A stretch of DNA of 64,000 nucleotides, from NCBI GenBank assembly GCA_023267855.1, contig JALNLN010000001.1, forward strand, positions 23,620 to 87,619, given 5' to 3'. Each line of letters starts with the position of its first letter. Position 1 is the first letter of the stretch. Under the pieces are notes generated by a model. The model made no database searches and was not told where the DNA came from. It worked only from the letters and a program-made list of their open reading frames with translations. The position numbers were made by a program, and so were the translations under genes. Of the stretch, positions 47,482 to 57,023 are shown in pieces. This DNA is from Candidatus Geocrenenecus dongiae (GTDB lineage Archaea > Thermoproteota > Nitrososphaeria_A > Caldarchaeales > Wolframiiraptoraceae).

Positions 47482-48852
47482 TTATTCACCACATCTCCTT
47501 GAAGGAATACTTCTCTCACCTATTTCTCCAGCAATAGGTGTAAGCATGATCTTTCTTACTTCTTCTATATCTGTTGTTTGAGCTAGAGCCCATGAGAGTT
47601 TTACGTAAGCTGTCTCAGAAATCATGTCGTCTAAAGGTGTAACACCTATCCTCAACAACTCTCTACCAGTAGAGTAAACTCTCATATTCACTCTACCATA
47701 GATACATTGAGAAGTCATTCCTATGAAGACTCCGTCTTTAATCATCTTCTCCAACATGGGTATCAATCTTGCTGAGACATGTCCAAGCCCTGTTCCCTCG
47801 ATTATAACCCCTCTATAACCCTTCTTCCATAGATGCTCAAGTATATCTATCTTCATACCTGGAAAGAATTTTAAGAGTACAGCTTTATCTGAAAAGTTGG
47901 GCTGAAATAGGTATTCATGATTTCCACGTTTGTTTAGATCTCTCCTATTCACTATTATCTCTCCATTTTTATAGAAAGCTATAGGTTCAGAGTTTACTGA
48001 TTTGAAAGCATCTCTACTACTAGTATGGAATTTTCTAACACGTGTCCCTCTGTTCACCGCTATAACATCATCTGAATACCAGTAGTGCATAACTACACAT
48101 ACCTCTGCGAATGGAGCATGTCCAGCTACTTTTACAGCTGCCACCAAGTTTGTCGCTGCATCTGTTGAAGGTCTATCAGAAGATCTTTGAGCACCTACGA
48201 ATACGATGGGTATTGGAGGTTTCTGGATAGCGAAGCTTAATGCTGCTGCAGAGTACCCCATAGTATCTGTACCATGAGTTATAACAATGCCATCGCAACC
48301 TTTCTTAATCAATTCATTTACTTTTAATGCTATCTCAGCCCATTCTTTAGGAGTAAATTCTTCGCTAAATAGGGAGAATAATGTGTGGGTGTCTATATCG
48401 GCTATAGTTGAAAGTTCTGGAAAGATTGAAAAAAGATCTTCAGGGCTCATAACAGGTGTTACAGCGCCCGTTCTATAGTCTATCCTACTAGCTATCGTTC
48501 CACCCACCCCAAGTATCACCACCTCTGGTAATCCTTTAACTACAGGTGGTTTAGGTGGAGGTCTAAAAGAAGGTTTAACAGAACTAGCTATCTTTCTTAT
48601 ACTCACATTTCTACCAACAATTCTTATACCTATATTGTATCCATTTGGAAGTTTTAAGACTATGTAGCCTGGGTCTGCGAGTTCGTATCTCCATATCAAT
48701 ACACCTCTAACTATCTCTCCATTCACCGAGACTTCTACTTCATCACCAATATCAACACCAGCATCTTCAAGAATTCTCCTAACATCTCCATAATAACCTT
48801 CAAGCTTACCCAAATCAACTAAACACCAAAACAAAAAATACAAAAACATCAT
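47482..48852 (-). CDS. gatD: Glutamyl-tRNA(Gln) amidotransferase subunit D (asparaginase-like, archaeal GatDE)
   Basis: It has the asparaginase motif GGTIASRIDYRTGAV and a GatD N-terminal domain. The N-terminal 15 residues of the track ORF are atypical, so the start is uncertain. Confidence 0.85.
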   Translation of the reverse strand: MMFLYFLFWCLVDLGKLEGYYGDVRRILEDAGVDIGDEVEVSVNGEIVRGVLIWRYELADPGYIVLKLPNGYNIGIRIVGRNVSIRKIASSVKPSFRPPPKPPVVKGLPEVVILGVGGTIASRIDYRTGAVTPVMSPEDLFSIFPELSTIADIDTHTLFSLFSEEFTPKEWAEIALKVNELIKKGCDGIVITHGTDTMGYSAAALSFAIQKPPIPIVFVGAQRSSDRPSTDAATNLVAAVKVAGHAPFAEVCVVMHYWYSDDVIAVNRGTRVRKFHTSSRDAFKSVNSEPIAFYKNGEIIVNRRDLNKRGNHEYLFQPNFSDKAVLLKFFPGMKIDILEHLWKKGYRGVIIEGTGLGHVSARLIPMLEKMIKDGVFIGMTSQCIYGRVNMRVYSTGRELLRIGVTPLDDMISETAYVKLSWALAQTTDIEEVRKIMLTPIAGEIGERSIPSRRCGE

Positions 48853-48983
48853 ATATCTATTACCATAAAATCTTCAAAGAGATTTTCTCAAAGATTCGAG
48901 AAAAATGGCCTAACACTGAAAATAGAAACATCTACAATCATTATACAATTTATTATAGAGAATAAGAGAAAATGTATTTAGTT

Positions 48984-49186
48984 TGGGGGCGGTGGGATTT
49001 GAACCCACGTTCTCCGGGTTTCCCCTACTAGAAGTAAAAGCTCCAGCACATCTTCATCCCCAATAAAGGGTCTAGATTGTTGAAATCTTGTAAGCGCTGG
49101 AGCCCGGCGCCGTAGACCTTCAGCCTTTTATCTTCCTGTTTGATCCCCCTCCCTACTCTTTATTTAGGAGTCTGGGCCACGCCCCC
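48984..49186 (-). tRNA. tRNA-Trp (anticodon CCA) interrupted by a 77-nt canonical intron and probably a second intron of about 50 nt in the D-loop
   Basis: The acceptor halves GGGGGCG (49186-49180) and CGCCCCC (48991-48985) are perfectly complementary, with discriminator A. The T-arm is GUGGG-UUCAAAU-CCCAC. The anticodon stem CCGGG/CCCGG (49107-49103 and 49018-49014) carries loop CUCCAG|A, with an intron (49020-49096) inserted after position 37. That intron contains GCUGGAG, complementary to the anticodon loop, as expected for a bulge-helix-bulge. About 50 extra nt lie between the D-stem halves. Confidence 0.6.
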
Positions 49187-49389
49187 TCTACACTTCTTAC
49201 CACTTTTACTTATTTAATGAATTATATAAAGACTTAACTATAGTTTTATGCTGAAGATTTATATATGTACATCTTCAATTCAATTTTTATACCCCCTAGA
49301 TCATTCTTCCAGTTTTTAGACGTTTTTAATAACATTTTTCCAATAAGATAGATATATATAAGACGTTTGCCAAAGAATATGCTAAGAAA

Positions 49390-50835
49390 ATGGTTGCAGA
49401 GATAAAAAGTAGTAGAGAATTGATGGAATTTCTAAGTAGGGAGAACATCAGATTTATTGATCTTCAGTTTACAGATATCCTAGGCAGGTTTCACAGTCTA
49501 ACCGTAACTAGAAATATTATTAATGAAAATTTGTTTGAGAAAGGCGTACCGAAGCTTGATGGCTCATCGATCAAGGGATTTACAGATATTTCTGATTCTG
49601 ACTTATTATTAAAACCCGATCTATCTACTTTCGCTCTGCTTCCATGGTGGACTGGTGAGTACAAAGCTGGTAGAGTGATATGTGATATATATCTTGGCTA
49701 TAATAGAGGCAGGCTTACAAAAGATCCGAGATATGTAGCTCAGAAAACAGAAGAATACTTGAGAGAACATGGATTCGATGCATGTTATATTGGTCCTGAA
49801 GTTGAGTTCTTCGTTTTTGAGAAAGTTTGGTGGGATGTATCTATACCGAGCCGAGGTATTGGATACTATATAGATTCTAGTGAAGCACCATGGGATTCCA
49901 AATCCCCAAGTCAAGACTACAAAATAAGAATTAAAGATGGTTATCTACCATCACTTCCACAAGATACTCTCGTAGAATTCCGTAATAATGTTTCAAGAAT
50001 TCTAGAAGATTATTTCAAGATAATTGTTGACGCTCATCATCATGAAGTTGCTACTGCAGGTCAATGTGAAATAGATCTAAGACACGATACATTGAAGAAG
50101 ATCGCGGATAACGTCCAAACCTACAAGTATGTTGTCAAGAATGTAGCTAAGAATATGGGGTTGATAGCAACATTTATGCCCAAACCCATATATGGAGATA
50201 ATGGTTCAGGTATGCATGTACACATAAGCTTGTGGAGAAATGGAGTAAACACATTCTACGATTCAGATGATCAATACGCTGAGCTAAGCCAAACAGCAAG
50301 ATACTTCATAGGAGGAATACTGGAACATGGGAAAGCACTCTCAGCTATAGTTGCTCCTACAACAAATTCTTACAAAAGACTTATAGCAGGATACGAAGCA
50401 CCAGTATACCTTACTTGGAGTAAATCTAATAGATCTGCAGTAATCAGAATCCCAGCATACCATAAGGGTAGAGATACATCAACTCTTAAACGTATAGAAT
50501 TTAGAGCACCAGACCCATCTGCAAACCCATACTTATGTTTTTCAGCAATAATTGCAGCTGGACTAGATGGAATAAAGAAGAAGATAGATCCAGGAGACCC
50601 GGTAGATGAAAATATCTATAAGCTAGCTGTAGAGAAGAAGAGAGAACTCGGTATAGAGAAACTTCCAAGCGATTTAAGAGAAGCATTACAATGTCTTCAA
50701 TCTGATAGAGAGTTCCTGAAACCTGTAATGAGTGATGAACTCATAAATACTTGGATAGAATTGAAGTTAGAAGAATGTGAGCAAGTAAACTCTATTCCAC
50801 ATCCATATGAATTCCACCTCTACTTCGATATCTAG
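49390..50835 (+). CDS. glnA: Glutamine synthetase (type I-like)
   Basis: The N-terminal domain has IRFIDLQFTDILGRFH (GS beta-grasp), and a C-terminal catalytic domain follows. It is 481 aa. Confidence 0.8.
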   Translation: MVAEIKSSRELMEFLSRENIRFIDLQFTDILGRFHSLTVTRNIINENLFEKGVPKLDGSSIKGFTDISDSDLLLKPDLSTFALLPWWTGEYKAGRVICDIYLGYNRGRLTKDPRYVAQKTEEYLREHGFDACYIGPEVEFFVFEKVWWDVSIPSRGIGYYIDSSEAPWDSKSPSQDYKIRIKDGYLPSLPQDTLVEFRNNVSRILEDYFKIIVDAHHHEVATAGQCEIDLRHDTLKKIADNVQTYKYVVKNVAKNMGLIATFMPKPIYGDNGSGMHVHISLWRNGVNTFYDSDDQYAELSQTARYFIGGILEHGKALSAIVAPTTNSYKRLIAGYEAPVYLTWSKSNRSAVIRIPAYHKGRDTSTLKRIEFRAPDPSANPYLCFSAIIAAGLDGIKKKIDPGDPVDENIYKLAVEKKRELGIEKLPSDLREALQCLQSDREFLKPVMSDELINTWIELKLEECEQVNSIPHPYEFHLYFDI

Positions 50836-50893
50836 AAACAGATAACTTAAAAATACAAATCGTTAAACTTTTTAAGACATAGAGTGAGTTTAT

Positions 50894-51481
50894 ATGCCCT
50901 TAACTTTTCTACATGTAGTCTACGTCTGGTATATTCTGAGAAGGATGAATAAATTTAATCTACATGTGGTGGTTGGCTGCATGGTTCCAGATCTAGAGAT
51001 CCTAATACTCTACATACTAGGTTTCGGGATTCCTAGAAGTTTTCTCCATTCACCAATCGGAGCATTCATACTTGCTTCAGCAATCTCAATACTAATAATC
51101 TACATACTATTGAAGACAAAATTCATGGAGAAGGTCTTTAACGTAAATGTTATCCGGAGACCTAAAGAATTAAGAGAATATGTAAACCTGTGGATTGTTA
51201 CTGGATTATCATCACTCACACACGTCTTTATTGACTATCTACATCATTCTTATAATCCTATCTTGTGGCCTATTTATCCAATCTATATTGAAGGGCCGAT
51301 AGCCTATCTCATCGGTTATCTAAATGCTACTTTAGTTGTTCATCTTGCTTCAGTTATAATCCTCGTAATTATACTAGCTTACGCTAGTTGGAAGATGAGA
51401 ACTTCTATCCTAAAGATTATTACATCTCTACAGAAAATGTATAAAGTGTTTGTTGAGCCTGGATCTCTACAATTCTCCTAG
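50894..51481 (+). CDS. Membrane protein, possibly a YdjM/DUF457-like membrane-bound metal-dependent hydrolase
   Basis: It is a multi-TM protein with conserved His residues in loop regions (HVVVGCMVPDLE, LHSPIG). The assignment is weak. Confidence 0.35.
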   Translation: MPLTFLHVVYVWYILRRMNKFNLHVVVGCMVPDLEILILYILGFGIPRSFLHSPIGAFILASAISILIIYILLKTKFMEKVFNVNVIRRPKELREYVNLWIVTGLSSLTHVFIDYLHHSYNPILWPIYPIYIEGPIAYLIGYLNATLVVHLASVIILVIILAYASWKMRTSILKIITSLQKMYKVFVEPGSLQFS

Positions 51482-52642
51482 AAGCCTTTTGAATACTTCT
51501 TCTACGTACGGGTATCTCTCTGTAAGCTCTTTCATAGTTAGCATTTGTCTCTCTATTCTATCTAAGGCTGACTTGGCCGCTAAGCTCGGTGTCCAGGCTT
51601 CTCCTATACTTGTAAAGTTTACTCTATCTGTGGTAAGTTTGGCTCTACAATGTATTAAACGTTCTTCACCATGTTTTTCTTTATGTTCTTTGAAGTGGAG
51701 TAAGAGATACCCGTTACCTATAAACTCTCTAAACTTCTTAACGAAACTCTCTGCAACATTCATTATCTCATTCTTTTCTTGTTCTGAAATATTTGAGATC
51801 TTAAAGCTAACCTGGATGTTTACTGGAACTTTTTCACGTTCTTCAAGTGAAGCAATAACTTCCAGAATATCTGTCCACGTTATTATACCTATAACTCTTC
51901 TATTATGAGTTACTATGAGACATGATATGTCGTTGTCTATCATTTTCTTTACAGCATTCTCTAAAGTATCTTCTGGAGATGCTTCTACAACCTTTCTCGT
52001 CATTATGTTTGAGACAGGATAGCTTAGACTCTTAATTCTCTCTCCGACAACTTCTCCTAGTGTAGCTCTGGTTCTAGGTTGAACAACTTTCTCGAGGATA
52101 TCTCTTATAGTTACGATCCCAACCAGCTTATTATCCTTTATCACAGGTAGTCTCGAGATACCGTTTTCTCTCATCAAGACTAATGCTTTACCTATCGTTG
52201 TATCTGTAGTAATAGTGATAGGATCTCTAGTCATGACATCTTTAACCTTCATGTTCATCTTCAATTTCTCAGCAATAACCCTTCCCACATCTTCAACAGA
52301 TATTGTCCCGATAAGCTTACCTTCTTCATTAGATACAGGTAGACCTTTAACAACATTCTCTAACATATATCTTGCTGCTTTAGAGATTGTATCAGAAGTC
52401 TTCACTATAGGAGCTTTAATAGCGGCGTTCCTTGTTTTTAATGATTCTAAGTTTACTGTGCTTCTAATAACAACTCTATCAACAACGACCCCTAGATAAC
52501 GTCCCCTCTTATCTAAGACAACTACTATTGGTAAACCTGTTTCTCTAAAGATGCCTACACATTTACTTACAGGATCATCTTCATCAACAAAATAGATTTC
52601 ATATCTCATATAATCTCTAATAAGAGGGATCTCGTGAGACAT
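51467..52642 (-). CDS. CBS-domain protein (tandem CBS pairs)
   Basis: It has repeated CBS motifs (..TI...A...M.......LPV........G.V...D..) across 391 aa. Confidence 0.75.
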   Translation of the reverse strand: MSHEIPLIRDYMRYEIYFVDEDDPVSKCVGIFRETGLPIVVVLDKRGRYLGVVVDRVVIRSTVNLESLKTRNAAIKAPIVKTSDTISKAARYMLENVVKGLPVSNEEGKLIGTISVEDVGRVIAEKLKMNMKVKDVMTRDPITITTDTTIGKALVLMRENGISRLPVIKDNKLVGIVTIRDILEKVVQPRTRATLGEVVGERIKSLSYPVSNIMTRKVVEASPEDTLENAVKKMIDNDISCLIVTHNRRVIGIITWTDILEVIASLEEREKVPVNIQVSFKISNISEQEKNEIMNVAESFVKKFREFIGNGYLLLHFKEHKEKHGEERLIHCRAKLTTDRVNFTSIGEAWTPSLAAKSALDRIERQMLTMKELTERYPYVEEVFKRLLGEL

Positions 52643-52728
52643 ATTCTCAGCCTTAACATCTCAATCCAATATTATAATCTTAACTAGCATGTACTCCATT
52701 CAACGATCACGTTAATATATTTCTATAC

Positions 52729-54213
52729 GTGTTATCCCATGTAGAGTTGGCTTATATACACATATATGGTGGTTTCGGAGAGATTGGAGGAAACAAAATA
52801 TTTATCTCTAGTAGAGATGGAGCCATATTTCTAGATTTTGGATTAAACTTGAAAAAGAAGAGAGAGTATAGTTTAGGATACGGTGTGGAAAGAACATCCC
52901 GTATACTGAAGAACTATTTACTCATAAACCTACTCCCAAATATTAGAGGCATCTATAGATCAGATCTATCAGAAGAGATTGAGATTAAACATTCTGAGAA
53001 AGTAGATGTGGACGCATGTATAATATCGCATGCCCATTTAGATCACTATGGTCTAGTAGGATTTCTAGAAAGTAATGTAAAGATAGCTGTCAGTAAGAGT
53101 ATGAAAGCGTTAATTGAGCATTCTATAGAGACTTCTGGTAGAACTGGTGTTGAAGGAGAGGTATTCAACTATAGAGATAAGAAGCTGGAAGAAGAATCTA
53201 GGAAGCATAAGTCTAAGAGACATGCGAAACATGTTGAGAGACCTATAGTCATCTTTGAAGAAAGAAGGAAGATTCCCAATATACCAGTACATATCGAGCC
53301 GCACCCCGTAGACCATTCTATTCCAGCATCATTCGGATTCATAATAGAAGTCGATGGTGTATCAATTGCATATACTGGAGATATTAGATTACATGGAGTA
53401 GTCCATCATTATACAGAATCTTTCATAGAGAAAGCTAGAGATGTAGAATACTTAATAGTGGAAGGAACTAGAATAGAAGACTCGGGTTCATTCTCTGAAG
53501 AAGATGTAAAACAATCCATGATGAAAGAAATTCAAAAGAAGTCTGGGAAATTTGTAGCTGTTTTAACATCATCTCTAGATATAGATCGTGTAAGAACAAC
53601 AATAGAAGTTGCTGAAGAATGTGGTAGAACAGTAATACTGTCTCCTAGAATATTCCATCTAATCTCAACACTCAAATCTGTGGAAAGTAGAGTAAAGATA
53701 CCTGAGATAACTTATGCTAAAGTTTACTTTGAGAAGAGGTCAATTATAGATGGTGGATACTTTCTCGATTCAAGTCACTATAGAAGTTGGTTGAAAAAAC
53801 TATACAAACAATTAGCGGATAAAGATATGTTGGTTAAATCTGAAGAAGTAAAGAGATGTCAGGAGAAGTACTTGATGATCTTTACGGGGCCACAGTATCT
53901 CTACGAGTTCATAGATATCGAGCCTTCGCCTGGATCACTATTAATAATCTCTACTAGCGAGCCTCATGATGAAGAACAAGAAATAGAGTGGGAAAAAGCT
54001 GAGAACTGGATAAATCTACTCAGACTAGATAGTAGATGGATACATTCTTCTGGACACGCTAATAGAGAAGATCTGCTAGAAATCATAAAAAAGATAAATC
54101 CAAAAAATCTAGTACCTGTACATACAGAAAATCCAAGAGAATATGTAAAGCTAGCGGAAAAAGAAAATCTTAAATGTAGAATCCTGCTAACAGAAAGAAT
54201 AAATTTAGAATAA
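52729..54213 (+). CDS. Metallo-beta-lactamase/beta-CASP ribonuclease, RNase J-like
   Basis: The N-terminus YGGFGEIGGNKIFI..DGAIFLDFG matches, followed by the HAHLDHYG motif. The 494 aa length fits. Confidence 0.7.
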   Translation: MLSHVELAYIHIYGGFGEIGGNKIFISSRDGAIFLDFGLNLKKKREYSLGYGVERTSRILKNYLLINLLPNIRGIYRSDLSEEIEIKHSEKVDVDACIISHAHLDHYGLVGFLESNVKIAVSKSMKALIEHSIETSGRTGVEGEVFNYRDKKLEEESRKHKSKRHAKHVERPIVIFEERRKIPNIPVHIEPHPVDHSIPASFGFIIEVDGVSIAYTGDIRLHGVVHHYTESFIEKARDVEYLIVEGTRIEDSGSFSEEDVKQSMMKEIQKKSGKFVAVLTSSLDIDRVRTTIEVAEECGRTVILSPRIFHLISTLKSVESRVKIPEITYAKVYFEKRSIIDGGYFLDSSHYRSWLKKLYKQLADKDMLVKSEEVKRCQEKYLMIFTGPQYLYEFIDIEPSPGSLLIISTSEPHDEEQEIEWEKAENWINLLRLDSRWIHSSGHANREDLLEIIKKINPKNLVPVHTENPREYVKLAEKENLKCRILLTERINLE

Positions 54214-54282
54214 ATGATTTAGGAGAACTAAGTAAATCTACGGATACGTTAGTTAAAATAATAGTTTCAATCTCTACTAAAT

Positions 54283-55479
54283 ATGGATTGGAGAAGTAAG
54301 CTAAATATTGACCGAGTTTTCACATTAAGATATGGTGGGACACAGCTTTTCTTTGGTGTTGGAGCAGTAAGTAAAATCTCTACAATATTTGAAGAATTCA
54401 AGAAAGAAGGTTTAGATAGAGTTCTAGTAGTTACTGGTAAATCTTCTTACAAGATTTCAGGAGCATGGAATTATGTAGAGAAGGCGCTCATAGAATCTGG
54501 GTTAGAATACTATGTTTACGATAAGGTATCTCCAAACCCTACTGTAGATACTGTTGATGAAGCTGTAAAAATTGGTAGAGAATTTAATGCTAGGATAGTT
54601 TTAGGTATAGGTGGTGGGAGCTCTATAGATACGGCTAAGGCTGTTGGATGTCTCTTAGCTGTAGGTGGAGATGCTAGAGAACTGTTTATGAAGAGGGATC
54701 AGCCTAACAGATCTCTACCAGTTGTAGTGGTAAATCTTACACATGGAACCGGCTCAGAAATTAATAGATATGGTGTAGAAACTATACCTGAAAAGAATTA
54801 TAAGATCGGCATGCCTCTAACATACCCAGCATATTCTATAGATGATCCAAAGTTGATGATCAAGCTTGATAGATGGCAGACCATAGCTACCGCTATAGAT
54901 GCTTTAAATCATGCGACAGAAGCTGCAACAAACAAGCTTACCACACCACTCTCAATAAACCTGTCTAGAGAATCTGTACATTTAATCTTTAAGTATCTCC
55001 CAACGGCCATAGTTGAACCAGATAATTTACTAGCTAGATACTATCTTCTCTATGCTTCTATGTTGGCAGGTATAGTAATAGATCATGTAGGAGCACACAT
55101 CACCCATGCTTTAGAACATCCTATAAGTGGTATGAACCCTGAAGTTCCGCACGGCATAGGTCTCGGAATACTCTTACCTTCTGTAATAAGAATAATGTAT
55201 CTAGCTGTACCAGAAATACTTGCAGAACTCTACAAACCTATAGCACCACATCTAAGAGCTGAGCCTGGAGAAGCACATGAACTAGCTACAAGAGTAGAAG
55301 AATGGCTACTCAACATAGGATTGAATAAGAAACTCTCAGACTATGGTTTTACTGAAAAAGATTTATCAGACTTGATAAGATTAGTGAACGAGACACCAGG
55401 ACTGAAAAGTAGATTAGAACTATCACCAGTAACTGTAAATGAAGAAATCATTAAGAAAATATATACAGAATCACTATAA
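54283..55479 (+). CDS. Iron-containing alcohol dehydrogenase family protein (Fe-ADH/glycerol dehydrogenase-like)
   Basis: It has GIGGGSSIDTAKAV and metal-binding His residues (HVGAHITHALEHP). Confidence 0.8.
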   Translation: MDWRSKLNIDRVFTLRYGGTQLFFGVGAVSKISTIFEEFKKEGLDRVLVVTGKSSYKISGAWNYVEKALIESGLEYYVYDKVSPNPTVDTVDEAVKIGREFNARIVLGIGGGSSIDTAKAVGCLLAVGGDARELFMKRDQPNRSLPVVVVNLTHGTGSEINRYGVETIPEKNYKIGMPLTYPAYSIDDPKLMIKLDRWQTIATAIDALNHATEAATNKLTTPLSINLSRESVHLIFKYLPTAIVEPDNLLARYYLLYASMLAGIVIDHVGAHITHALEHPISGMNPEVPHGIGLGILLPSVIRIMYLAVPEILAELYKPIAPHLRAEPGEAHELATRVEEWLLNIGLNKKLSDYGFTEKDLSDLIRLVNETPGLKSRLELSPVTVNEEIIKKIYTESL

Positions 55480-55527
55480 CAAATTATCGAAAACAATTAC
55501 GATCTCCCTAAAGGATGTGGAATGTAG

Positions 55528-55614
55528 TGCCCCGGGCAGGATTTGAACCTGCGACAACCCGGTCTCCACAATTCTTCTTCAGCCGGGCGCTCTCCCAGAC
55601 TGAGCTACCGGGGC
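55528..55614 (-). tRNA. tRNA-Phe (anticodon GAA) with a 13-14-nt canonical-position intron
   Basis: The reverse complement folds as acceptor GCCCCGG/CCGGGGC with discriminator A, D-arm GCUC-AGUCUGGGA-GAGC, anticodon stem CCCGG/CCGGG with loop CUGAAG|A, an intron of about 13-14 nt after position 37 (boundary ambiguous by one A), and T-arm GCAGG-UUCAAAU-CCUGC. Confidence 0.8.
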
Positions 55615-55652
55615 TATCTTAAGATATTCTTAAGTTTCTAAAAAACCTTAAT

Positions 55653-56957
55653 CTAGATCTTTAATTGTTTAGCGAAATCTTCTATTACTTTTAGGAAGTT
55701 CTCTACGTCTTCTAATGTGTGGGAAGCGGAGAGAAATAGATGTAGGCTATCTTCTGTGAGAGCTATTATCTGATTATTTAATAGGTGTTTGAAAAGTTGT
55801 TTAGTTTTTTCTCGATCTTTTTCTAGTTGAGCTGTTTTTACATCTCTAGGCTCGGTTGGTGTGAAATGTATTCCGATTAGTGAGCCTATTCCAGTTGTAT
55901 GGCATGCTATATCTTTTTCTTGGAAGATCTCTCTAACCCCTCTTCTAAACTTTTCTCCTAGTTTTTCTAGATATGTGTAGACCTGCGGATTCTTCTCTAG
56001 TTCTGATAGTAGCGTGTATCCTGCACATGTCATGAGGGGGTTTGCTGAGAATGTTCCACCTTGAAATACTCTCTCAAAGTAATCTGAGTACTTCAATTGA
56101 TCTAATAACTCCATGATTTCTGTTCTTCCACCGAAAGCTCCTACTGCGAATTCCCCTCCACCAACTATCTTTCCAAGAATCGTTATATCTGGTGTAACGT
56201 TATAGATTTTCTGTGCCCCTCCCTCTGAGAGTCTGAAGCCTGTTATAACTTCATCGAAAATCAATACAATATTCTTTTCATTACAGATTTCTCTTAATCC
56301 TTTTAGGAACTCTTTATCTGCAGGTATCATTCCACCTGCTCCAGCTACAGGCTCAACTATGATTCCAGCTATCTCATTATTCTTAACTGCTTTCTCAACA
56401 CTTTCTAGATCATTGTATGGTAGAGTTAATGTATATTTGGTTGATTCTTCAAGGACTCCTGCTGGTAGTTTTCTATATGGTGGTTTCACGGCTATATGTA
56501 AAGCATCATATCCACCATGCCAGCACCCTTCAAACTTGATTATGGTATTCTTCTTCGTATATGCCCTCGCAAGTCTAACAGCATACATATTTGCTTCCGT
56601 GCCACTATTCGTAAACCTAACCATCTCTATACTTGGAACCATACTGCATATCTTCTCCGCCAACTTTACTTCCCACTCATGGGGGAGACCGAAGTGTCCT
56701 CCAAATTCTATCTGCTTTTTTACAGCTTCCACTACAGGTGGATAAGAATGCCCCATCAATTTAGCTCCATGCCCCATCCAGTAATCTGTATACTCATTTC
56801 CATCAATATCCCATATTTTCTGACCTCTTGCCCTAGATACGTAAATAGGGTATGGGTTGAAATATCTTATCGAGTATGAGACACCTCCAGGTAGAACTTT
56901 TCTAGCTCTCTCAAACATTCTACGTGAGGATTCTGTACAAGACACATAGTCAAACAT
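55653..56957 (-). CDS. Class III pyridoxal-phosphate aminotransferase (glutamate-1-semialdehyde 2,1-aminomutase-like)
   Basis: It has the class III aminotransferase fold with the PLP Lys region (DEVITGFR...) and its 434 aa is HemL-like. The function is not proven. Confidence 0.75.
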   Translation of the reverse strand: MFDYVSCTESSRRMFERARKVLPGGVSYSIRYFNPYPIYVSRARGQKIWDIDGNEYTDYWMGHGAKLMGHSYPPVVEAVKKQIEFGGHFGLPHEWEVKLAEKICSMVPSIEMVRFTNSGTEANMYAVRLARAYTKKNTIIKFEGCWHGGYDALHIAVKPPYRKLPAGVLEESTKYTLTLPYNDLESVEKAVKNNEIAGIIVEPVAGAGGMIPADKEFLKGLREICNEKNIVLIFDEVITGFRLSEGGAQKIYNVTPDITILGKIVGGGEFAVGAFGGRTEIMELLDQLKYSDYFERVFQGGTFSANPLMTCAGYTLLSELEKNPQVYTYLEKLGEKFRRGVREIFQEKDIACHTTGIGSLIGIHFTPTEPRDVKTAQLEKDREKTKQLFKHLLNNQIIALTEDSLHLFLSASHTLEDVENFLKVIEDFAKQLKI

Positions 56958-57023
56958 ACGTAGTAGATAACTTAAGACTAGTATTTTAATGGTGAGTTGT
57001 TATGGAGTCTATAGAAGAATTTT

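Noticed and set aside
49021-49096. Box C/D guide RNA inside the tRNA-Trp intron, as in some other archaea
   Set aside because: Only a degenerate GGATGAAGA is present and there is no CUGA box. The complementarity to the anticodon loop is adequately explained by the bulge-helix-bulge splicing motif.
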